64,000 nt of DNA from Candidatus Anaeroferrophillacea bacterium. Its GTDB lineage: Bacteria > Desulfobacterota > Anaeroferrophillalia > Anaeroferrophillales > Anaeroferrophillaceae. This document shows positions 52,864 to 61,893 of this stretch, in pieces (position 1 is the stretch's first letter; each line of letters starts with the position of its first letter). The notes under the pieces are model-generated. The model was not told the origin of the DNA, did no database searches, and was given only the letters and a program-made list of their open reading frames with translations. The translations under genes were made by a program, and so were the position numbers. The DNA is taken from assembly GCA_016933675.1 (NCBI GenBank), contig JAFGAM010000100.1, positions 8,928-72,927 of the forward strand, read 5' to 3'.

Positions 52864-53550
52864 ATGTCCTGCGAACACGGCACCTCCCGGCGACTGCCGC
52901 TGGGGATTGCCGGCGCCGTGGTGATCAACATCGTCCTGCTGGCGCTTATTCCGCTGCTGTTTCAGCGCCGGTCGCTGCCCAAACGACTGCCGCGGATCGA
53001 CCCGATACCGGTCTGGCAGCCGGCCGCGGCGTGCGCAGAGGACCGGCGGAAGATGGAACCGGAGAAGCCGGAGTCGATGGAACCGCTCTTCCAGCCGCCG
53101 GCGCCGGTGCTGCCGCCGCTGGATTTGGCGCCCGAACTGCCGCGGCCGGATGTCGACGCGCCGCAGCTTGACATGACCTTTTCGCCGGAACTGAAAGCGG
53201 TGGTGCCGTCGATCACCATGCCTCGGCCGGCGGCGCCGGCCCCCGAGCCGGTCGGCCCCTTCAGCCCCGGCGACCTGGACCGGCAGCCCATGGCGCTGCA
53301 GACGGTGGAGCCGGTCTATCCCTTCGCCGCCCGGCGAAGGGGGATCGAAGGACAGGTGGAAGTCCGCTTTGTTGTCGATGCCGCCGGGGCGGTGCGGGAC
53401 ATTTTCATCGTCAACGCCGAGCCGCCGGGGATCTTCGAGGACGCCGTGCGCCGCACTCTTTCCCGCTGGCGTTTCAAGCCCGGCATGCGCCGCGGCGAAG
53501 CCGTGGCGACGCTGGTGCAGACTGCCATCGTCTTCAAGCTGGACCGCTGA
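52864..53550 (+). CDS. tonB: energy transducer TonB
   Basis: N-terminal TM, Pro-rich spacer (PPAPVLPPLDLAPELPRPDVDAP...), and C-terminal TonB domain (YPFAARRRGIEGQVEVRFVVDAAGAVRD...AVRRTLSRWRFKPG). Confidence 0.88.
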   Translation: MSCEHGTSRRLPLGIAGAVVINIVLLALIPLLFQRRSLPKRLPRIDPIPVWQPAAACAEDRRKMEPEKPESMEPLFQPPAPVLPPLDLAPELPRPDVDAPQLDMTFSPELKAVVPSITMPRPAAPAPEPVGPFSPGDLDRQPMALQTVEPVYPFAARRRGIEGQVEVRFVVDAAGAVRDIFIVNAEPPGIFEDAVRRTLSRWRFKPGMRRGEAVATLVQTAIVFKLDR

Positions 53551-53578
53551 TTTCCTGCAGGAGTCAGGAGTCGGAATC

Positions 53579-53642
53579 GATGGCGCCGTAACCGTGGCCG
53601 AAATATACCGAAAAGGGATGGCACCCTGACAGTTCCATCGAA
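53579..53642 (+). repeat. mini-copy of the interspersed repeat (5' box + 3' hairpin only)
   Basis: GATGGCGCCGTAACCGTGG ... GGGATGGCACCCTGACAGTTCCATCGAAG, about 30 nt after the tonB stop. Confidence 0.55.
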
Positions 53643-53762
53643 GCGCCCTGAATCTGGAGGGGCCCCCTGTGGTTACCCGATTCGCCGGACTGATCTGGAT
53701 CTCGGGGGGATCGCGTGAAGGTCGAGCGATACGGCATCAATTGGGCCAACCTTGATTCTATC

Positions 53763-54980
53763 ATGGATGCAGATATCGACAAGACACGTCATTTTCCCCC
53801 GCTGTTGCTGTTTCTGTTGCTGTTCCTGCTGCCGCCGCGGCCGGCGGCCGCGGCGGCGGAGCGCTGGGTGCGCGAGCTGCCGCCGGCGGTCGCCCGGGTG
53901 GTGGCCGCGGCCCAGGAACTGGCGGGGAAGGGTAATGAGCGGGAGGCCGTCGCCCGGCTGGCCCAGGTTCGGCAACCGAACGGGCCGCCGCGCTACGTCC
54001 TTGTTGAATTGCTGGCCGGCAATCTCGCCTTCATGGTCGAGGATTATGCCGCCGCGGCGGCGGCCTATGAGCGGGTGCTGCACCTGGCGCCGGACCATGC
54101 CGGCGCCCGGGAGAATCTCGCCATGGCTCTGATGGCCGGTGGTGAATATGCGGCCGCAGCACCACTTTTTCTGTGTCTGGCCAACGGCACCGGGCAAGAC
54201 CTCGCGGCGCGTGACCGGTTCCTCGGCTATGCCGGCAGCGCCCTTCTTCATGCCGGCGACTACCGCGCCGCCCTGGTGCCGTACCGTGAATTGACGGTTG
54301 ACCGCCCGGTACCGGACCCCGGCCATCTCCGGGCGCTGCTGCGTATATACCTCGAACTGGAGGAGTATCCCGCTGCCGAAGCGGCGGCCGCCCGACTGGT
54401 GAATCTTCGTCCTGACGATGCCGCCGGCTGGCGCGCCCTGGGGCAGGTCCGTCTCCAGCGGCAGCGTTATGGGGCGGCCCTGGCGGCCTACGCCGTGCTG
54501 CGTGAACTGGGCGCCGCTTCCGCCGATGAACTGGGAACCCTGGCGCGCCTTTATCAGCATCGCGGTGTCCCTCTCGCTGCCGCGCGAATTCTTGCGGAGT
54601 CATTCACCGGTGCCGCGACCCTCGAACCGCGACAGTACGACCTGCTGGTCGGTCTCTATGCCGAGGGCGGAGAAACCGATGCCGCGTTGCGCTGGCTGGA
54701 GCGTCGTCAGCGGGAGCATTCCGACCCCGCCGCCTTCATGCGTCGGGGCGATCTGCTGTACCGCGTCGGGCGCTACGCCGAGGCGCTCGCCGCCTACCGG
54801 CAGGTGGAAAAGCTCCCCGGAGACAACGGTCGCCAGTTTCTCATGGCGGCCTACAGCGCCTGGTATCTCAACGACCACGATCTGACCCGGATGCTGGCGG
54901 AACGTGCCCGGCGCCACGATGCCTCACGGCCGGGGGCCGTTGCCCTGCTGGCGGCCCTGGACCGTCTGCGGTCCGAGTGA
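53763..54980 (+). CDS. tetratricopeptide-repeat protein (TtpD-like)
   Basis: Signal/TM (PLLLFLLLFLLPP) then multiple TPR-like A/L/Y-rich repeats. Last gene of the energizer cluster. GTG 53715 is an alternative start. Confidence 0.7.
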   Translation: MDADIDKTRHFPPLLLFLLLFLLPPRPAAAAAERWVRELPPAVARVVAAAQELAGKGNEREAVARLAQVRQPNGPPRYVLVELLAGNLAFMVEDYAAAAAAYERVLHLAPDHAGARENLAMALMAGGEYAAAAPLFLCLANGTGQDLAARDRFLGYAGSALLHAGDYRAALVPYRELTVDRPVPDPGHLRALLRIYLELEEYPAAEAAAARLVNLRPDDAAGWRALGQVRLQRQRYGAALAAYAVLRELGAASADELGTLARLYQHRGVPLAAARILAESFTGAATLEPRQYDLLVGLYAEGGETDAALRWLERRQREHSDPAAFMRRGDLLYRVGRYAEALAAYRQVEKLPGDNGRQFLMAAYSAWYLNDHDLTRMLAERARRHDASRPGAVALLAALDRLRSE

Positions 54981-55211
54981 GTTTTTTACCCCGCGGCGGA
55001 CCAATTGCGATGGCATTGCAACCATCGAGCGCGGTTTGGCGGATGTTGGAGACCCATATGATTATAAAAATGTTTTAAATAATCCTTGACAATCCCTCAC
55101 CGTTTTGATTAATTGACGCTAATGTAAAAGTGAGCGACGGTTCAGGATATGTTCGTTCTTGTTGCCGACCGCCGCTCATAACCGGTCGTTACCGAAGAGG
55201 GAGAGGGGAAG

Positions 55212-57155
55212 ATGGCGAAACGATTGACGATGGCGCTGCTCATTGCCGTCCTGCTGGCGTGGACCGGCGGCGTCATGGCGGCGGAGCAGGGCAACGGGCT
55301 GCAGCAGGCGGCGGAAGACATCACCGAGGCGGGCATCGTCGGCCCGGGGAGCATCAACGTCCACAAGGCGGGCGATATCCAGATGAGCTTCGGGGCCACG
55401 GTGCGGATCATCCCCACCAGTGAGGACGATTACGATTTCGGCCTCGGGGACAAGATCGGCACGGATATCTTCCAGTCCCACGCCAACGAGGGCGGCTGGG
55501 TGAACGACTCCCACATTCGCACCGAGAACAAGCTCTACTTCAACGCCATGCCCAACGACCAGATGTGGAGTTTCTACGCCGCGCTGGAATTCGACGGCAT
55601 CCTCGATAACCATGTGGTCGACGATCGCGGCAATAACGACGGCGGCAAGATCGACAATGGCTCCAGTAACAGCAACTACGGTCTCGAGCGTCTCCACGGC
55701 ACCATGCGCCTGCCTTTCGCCAAGGATCTCAACCTGCGTCTGCATGCCGGCTGGGATATCTACCAGCTGGATGTCTTTGACGGCGGCGGTCTGGTCTACG
55801 GCGATGACAACCCCGGGTTCTGGCTTACGGGCAGCTGGTGTGACACCATCGATTTCCAGGTCGGTTTCCACAAGTTGAAGGAAAACGACTGGCAGATCAG
55901 TGATCTCGGTATCGGTAACTACGACGACGACCGCGACCTCTACACCGCAGCGGTGGACTACAAGATCAACAAGACCAACCACGTCAAATTCTTCTACGCC
56001 TTCAACAATATGCGCAACGTAGCCGCCAATACCATCCAGGGCTATCTGTTCGGTGACGCCATCAGCGCGAAGCTGGACGAGAAACAGGGTGACGTGGTCA
56101 GCGGGCAGAACGGCCTGTCGAGTACCGCCTACAACATCAATCCCGCCTTTGTCACCGGCGGTACCGTGGTGGGTACCGATCTGGCCACCGGGGCGAGCAT
56201 CGTCGAGGGCGGCCGGGTGAACACCGGCGGCTTGGTGGCGGCGCTGGACGGCGGCCAGGCCCAGATCGATGCCGGCCGGGCGCAGATCGACGCCGCACGG
56301 ATGTCACTGACGAACAACTACTTTTACGGTAACGATGTCCAGGCGGATACCATGTCTCACCACCTGGGCTTCTACTACCAGGGTCAATTCGGCATCGTCA
56401 AGCCGTTCTTTGAAGCGGTCTATCAGTTTGGTGAAGCCGACAACACCGGCCTGTCCCAGTATCTCGATCCCTATACCGGCCAGTACCTGAAGGAAGACTA
56501 CGATATCGACGCCTACGCCCTGGCCGCCGACGTGGCCTTCGATTTGAAGGAGCTGGTGGGCTTCAAGTTCGAGCCCCATATCGGCATCATGTACACTTCG
56601 GGTGACGATGACCCCACCGACGGCGACCTGGAAGGGTATACCGGTGTGGTCAACGCCCAGCGCTTCTCCTACCACTGGGGCGGTGAGAACACCATCATCG
56701 GCGATACCAACCTGATGATGGGGAGCATCCTTTACGGCTACCTGCCGGAACTCTACGGCAGCGGAACCCCGGTTTCCACCGGCGGTCTGCAGAACTTCGC
56801 CGGTGCCGGCGGCGGCCGCGGCGACAACCCCGGCCTGACCATGGTCAGTGTCGGCCTGAATATGGCGCCCAAGCGCTTCATCATCTTCCGTACCAATCTG
56901 AATTACTTCGAGTTCAACGAGGACTTCCGCCTGCCGACGCTGGACGGCCGCATCGTTCCCATCGACGCCGACTATGCCGGTACCGAGTGGGACAACGAAC
57001 TCACCATTGCCTTCAGCAAGAACACCTTCATCAAAACCCAGGTTTCCTTTCTCTTCCCGGGTGACGTGATGGAAGATATCGCCGAAGCCTACAGCGGCGA
57101 AGAGACCGACGACGTCGCCACCCGCCTGGCGATGGAGCTGATCTGGAATTTCTAG
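55212..57155 (+). CDS. large outer-membrane beta-barrel (porin-like) protein, family not recognised
   Basis: GGGAGAGGGG RBS. Signal peptide MAKRLTMALLIAVLLAWTGGVMAAE, alternating amphipathic, aromatic and Gly/Asp/Asn-rich sequence, and a C-terminal ...LAMELIWNF (terminal Phe). Confidence 0.6.
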   Translation: MAKRLTMALLIAVLLAWTGGVMAAEQGNGLQQAAEDITEAGIVGPGSINVHKAGDIQMSFGATVRIIPTSEDDYDFGLGDKIGTDIFQSHANEGGWVNDSHIRTENKLYFNAMPNDQMWSFYAALEFDGILDNHVVDDRGNNDGGKIDNGSSNSNYGLERLHGTMRLPFAKDLNLRLHAGWDIYQLDVFDGGGLVYGDDNPGFWLTGSWCDTIDFQVGFHKLKENDWQISDLGIGNYDDDRDLYTAAVDYKINKTNHVKFFYAFNNMRNVAANTIQGYLFGDAISAKLDEKQGDVVSGQNGLSSTAYNINPAFVTGGTVVGTDLATGASIVEGGRVNTGGLVAALDGGQAQIDAGRAQIDAARMSLTNNYFYGNDVQADTMSHHLGFYYQGQFGIVKPFFEAVYQFGEADNTGLSQYLDPYTGQYLKEDYDIDAYALAADVAFDLKELVGFKFEPHIGIMYTSGDDDPTDGDLEGYTGVVNAQRFSYHWGGENTIIGDTNLMMGSILYGYLPELYGSGTPVSTGGLQNFAGAGGGRGDNPGLTMVSVGLNMAPKRFIIFRTNLNYFEFNEDFRLPTLDGRIVPIDADYAGTEWDNELTIAFSKNTFIKTQVSFLFPGDVMEDIAEAYSGEETDDVATRLAMELIWNF

Positions 57156-57185
57156 GTTTGGGCGCCGTTGCAGTTTGATTTTCAG

Positions 57186-57227
57186 GGGACACGCATGGAT
57201 GTAACCAACCATGCGTGTCCCTTTTTT
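57186..57227 (+). terminator. rho-independent terminator of the porin-like gene
   Basis: GGGACACGCATGG-atgtaaccaa-CCATGCGTGTCCC followed by TTTTTT. Confidence 0.85.
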
Positions 57228-57241
57228 GTGCCATCAATGGA

Positions 57242-57366
57242 TTGATGGCTGCTTAACAACGCCATCTTTTTCGTTGCGCGTCAGGCTGATTCCTTCGACG
57301 TACCTTCATGTACGCCTTTCCTCAGCTCTTGTGTGCCGCCAATCAGGAGCGGTTACGGTGCCATCC
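57242..57366 (-). repeat. interspersed structured repeat, copy 4 (minus orientation, short form)
   Basis: The reverse complement reads GATGGCACCGTAACCGCTCC...AAAGGCGTACATGAAGGTACGTCGAAGGAATCAGCCTGACGCGCAACGAAAAAGATGGCGTTGTTAAGCAGCCATCA. Confidence 0.65.
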
Positions 57367-57479
57367 CGCTTTGCCGGGTTTTGTCACTCGTTACGGTTTC
57401 ATCTATCATTGAGTTGTGCGCCGATCTGCGCTATAAGGAAACGCTCTGTTGCTGATCACCCCGAGACAGGATCGGTCCG

Positions 57480-58463
57480 ATGAAACGTTCTGCGGGAATG
57501 TTCCCGGCGACGGTCGTTGTGGTCGTCGTCATGTGTTTGGTGCTGCTGCGCGGCGCCATGGCGCCGGCGTTGGCGGCGGAGCTCGATTTCGGCAATATCA
57601 GCGATGCCGATACCCGGAAGATATTCTATCCGTCCCTCGTGTCCGGTGACGATGTCCGGGAGGGAACGATCACCGAGCGCCAGGTCAATATCAGCCGGAT
57701 GCTGCGCAATGAGCCGGAGACGCCGCCCGGCGCGGTCTTTCCCCTCGCCGCCATGCCGCCGCTCAGGCCCAAGGCAGGGCTGTTCTGCGGCGCGCCGCTG
57801 CCGCGTCATCCCGTCGTCGACGAACTCATGCACCGCCTGCCGGCGATGATGCAGGAGTGCGGTCTGGTGCCGGTGCCCAGCGCCGAACTGCACGCCGTCT
57901 TCGGGCGTTATCCCTGGCGCGACCGACTTCAGGGGCCGCCGGCCATCGGCCGCTTTCTGGCCGAATATCCCGGCAGCCGTTTCCTGTTCTACGTCCGCGG
58001 ATTTTCGCTGCCTGCCGCCGTACCCGGCGAGGTGCGTCTGGACTGCCTGCTGGTGGATGGTGAAAGCGGCGCGGTGTACCCGTCGCCGGTGTTCCGGCGG
58101 CCGGTCTATCATCCCTCGGCCCTGACCGGGGCGGTGCCGGCGGTATTTCAGGATATGCTCCGCTATCATCGGCTGCAGCTGACCGGGGCTGCCTGGAGTA
58201 CGAAGATATTTCTGGTGCAGAACAACCTGGCCTATATCGGCGCCGGCCGCCTGAGCGGTCTGGTGCCGGCCCGGGAATTGACGGTGAACGGCCCCGGCCG
58301 GCCGCTGATCGATCCGCGTACCGGGACCATGGTGGGCTTCGTCCCCGGTGAAGTCCGTGCCCGGCTGCGGGTGCGGCGGCTATTCGGTCCCGACCTGGCC
58401 GAAGTCGAGGTGGTTTCCGGTGGCCCGGTGCGCATGGGGAATGTCGTCCATTCTCTGCAATAA
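57480..58463 (+). CDS. secreted/periplasmic protein of unknown function
   Basis: 327 aa. Signal peptide MFPATVVVVVVMCLVLLRGAMAPALAAE. No family recognised. Confidence 0.5.
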   Translation: MKRSAGMFPATVVVVVVMCLVLLRGAMAPALAAELDFGNISDADTRKIFYPSLVSGDDVREGTITERQVNISRMLRNEPETPPGAVFPLAAMPPLRPKAGLFCGAPLPRHPVVDELMHRLPAMMQECGLVPVPSAELHAVFGRYPWRDRLQGPPAIGRFLAEYPGSRFLFYVRGFSLPAAVPGEVRLDCLLVDGESGAVYPSPVFRRPVYHPSALTGAVPAVFQDMLRYHRLQLTGAAWSTKIFLVQNNLAYIGAGRLSGLVPARELTVNGPGRPLIDPRTGTMVGFVPGEVRARLRVRRLFGPDLAEVEVVSGGPVRMGNVVHSLQ

Positions 58464-58531
58464 ATAATCGATCCCGATCACTATCCCGGGGTAAAGGGAT
58501 GATGTCCCGGTAAGTTAAAGGATTTGCGGCA

Positions 58532-59782
<1,251 letters not shown>

Positions 59783-60215
59783 GGTACGGCCGGGCATTTT
59801 TTCATGAGGAATCGACAACCGCTTGATCTCCTTCATGAACCCTCTTGACAACCCGGCCGATTTTTTTTACAAGGTCTTTCCGGCGCTGACCGGCCGCTGA
59901 ATCGCCGGGTTGCGAGAGAAAGACGGAACCGTATTCACCGCCGAAATCAGGCAGAATGTAATGGCACCATAACCGCGCCATATTTCCTGCCGCGGTTTCC
60001 GCATCCGGTTTTCCGGCGGGGACGGCGGCTAAGCGATCTGTATGTATCGTTGTTGCGGCAGCGAAGCGTATGTATCCGCGGGAAATGTACCTTTCTCCAC
60101 CCGGAGCGGCGGTTTTCACCTGACCGTTCCGGGTCCTTCCGGCGCCGGGAGCGCCGCTTCAGCCGCACTCAACCGACCATCCGGATCCCTTTCTCAGACC
60201 ACGAGGAGCCGCATC

Positions 60216-61169
60216 ATGATCCATGTGGAAAACCTGACCAGATTCTACGGTGATTTCTGCGCCGTCGATCATCTCGACCTTGATATCTCCCGGGGTGAGG
60301 TCGTCGGCCTGCTGGGGCCCAACGGGGCCGGCAAGACCACCACCCTCAGGATGCTCACCGGCTATCTGCCGCCCAGCGACGGTGACATCCGTGTCAACGA
60401 CTTCTCCATCCGCGATGACCTGCTGGAGATCAAGCGCCTTACCGGCTACCTGCCGGAATCGGCGCCGCTGTACCACAACATGCTGGTCTACGATTATCTC
60501 ACGTACATCGCCCGCATCCGTGGTCTGGATGGCGACCGGCAGCGTAACCGCATCCGCGAACTGGCCGCCTTGTGCGGTCTGACGCACATCATGCACAAGA
60601 GCATCGAGACCCTTTCCAAGGGGCTCAAACAGCGCGTCGGTCTGGCCCACGCGATGATGAGCGACCCGGAGATCCTCGTTCTCGACGAACCCACCTCGGG
60701 ACTCGATCCCAACCAGATCATCGAGATCCGCGACATAATCAAGGAAATCGGCCGCGAGAAGACGGTTATCCTCTCGACCCACATCCTCAGTGAGGCGGAA
60801 GCCTCCTGCGACCGCATCGTGATTATCAATAACGGCCGGATCATCGCCGACGACAATACCGCGGACCTCAAGGGGGCGAATCGCGGCAGCGGCTTGCGGC
60901 TCATCCTGCGGCGGGCGGCATTGCCTGACGCCGTCGACCGGCTCGCGGCCCTCGCGGGGGTCGAATCGGTACTGCCGGAAAACGGCGTCGCCGGTGCCGG
61001 GTCCGGGGAGGTTGCCGAACTTCGCCTCCGGTTGCAGTCCGGCGGTGACACCGACATCCGCCCGGCGGTCTATGCCGCGATCAAGGACACCGACTGGGTG
61101 CTGGTGGAAATGGTCCGTGAAACCCGGACCCTGGAAAGCATCTTCCGTGAACTGACGAGGGAGAACTAG
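60216..61169 (+). CDS. ABC transporter ATP-binding protein (ABC-2/GldA-like)
   Basis: 317 aa from ATG 60216. Walker A GPNGAGKTT, signature LSKGLKQRVGLAHA, and Walker B ILVLDEPTSGLD. Confidence 0.9.
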   Translation: MIHVENLTRFYGDFCAVDHLDLDISRGEVVGLLGPNGAGKTTTLRMLTGYLPPSDGDIRVNDFSIRDDLLEIKRLTGYLPESAPLYHNMLVYDYLTYIARIRGLDGDRQRNRIRELAALCGLTHIMHKSIETLSKGLKQRVGLAHAMMSDPEILVLDEPTSGLDPNQIIEIRDIIKEIGREKTVILSTHILSEAEASCDRIVIINNGRIIADDNTADLKGANRGSGLRLILRRAALPDAVDRLAALAGVESVLPENGVAGAGSGEVAELRLRLQSGGDTDIRPAVYAAIKDTDWVLVEMVRETRTLESIFRELTREN

Positions 61170-61171
61170 TT

Positions 61172-61876
61172 ATGCAGCAGGTGTTACACATTCTCAACAA
61201 GGAATGGAAGGACTACTTCCTGTCGCCCATCGCCTACCTGGTGATCGCCGTTTTTCTGCTGGTCACCGGCTGGCTCTTCTTTTCCACCTTCTTCATCTAC
61301 AACCAGGCCGACATGCGCAACTTCTTCGGCATGCTGCCCATCACCTTTGCCTTCGTGGTCCCGGCGATCACCATGAAACAGTTCTCCGAGGAGCTCAACA
61401 CCGGCTCCTACGAGCTGCTCATGACCCTGCCGGTTTCCTTCCGGGACGTGATTCTGGGCAAGTTCCTCGCCTGCGTCCTTTTCATTGCCGTCACCCTGGC
61501 ACCGACCCTGGTCTATGCCCTGTGCATCGCCCTGATGGGCGAACTTGACTGGGGGGTGGTGGCCGGCGGCTATCTCGGGGCGCTGCTGCTGGGCGGCGCC
61601 TATGCCGCCGTCGGCCTGCTGGCGTCGTCATTGACCCGCAACCAGATCATCGCCTACATCGTCGGTATCGCCGTCTGCTTTCTGCTCACCATCGTCGACA
61701 AGATGCTGTTCTTCTTCCCGCGTCACCTGCTCGGCCTGGTGAACCACCTGGCGGCGGAGGCGCATTTCAGAAATATTGCCAAGGGCATCGTCGATTCCCG
61801 TGACTTGCTGTATTTCTTCAGCATCATGTTCATCGGCCTCTACGCCACCCACCTGACGATGCGGGAACGGATGTAG
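61172..61876 (+). CDS. ABC-2 type transporter permease (GldF-like)
   Basis: 234 aa with six hydrophobic segments. N-terminal ILNKEWKDYFLSPIAYLVIAVFLL is typical of GldF-type permeases. Confidence 0.8.
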   Translation: MQQVLHILNKEWKDYFLSPIAYLVIAVFLLVTGWLFFSTFFIYNQADMRNFFGMLPITFAFVVPAITMKQFSEELNTGSYELLMTLPVSFRDVILGKFLACVLFIAVTLAPTLVYALCIALMGELDWGVVAGGYLGALLLGGAYAAVGLLASSLTRNQIIAYIVGIAVCFLLTIVDKMLFFFPRHLLGLVNHLAAEAHFRNIAKGIVDSRDLLYFFSIMFIGLYATHLTMRERM

Positions 61877-61893
61877 GGGAGGAGGAAACGACC

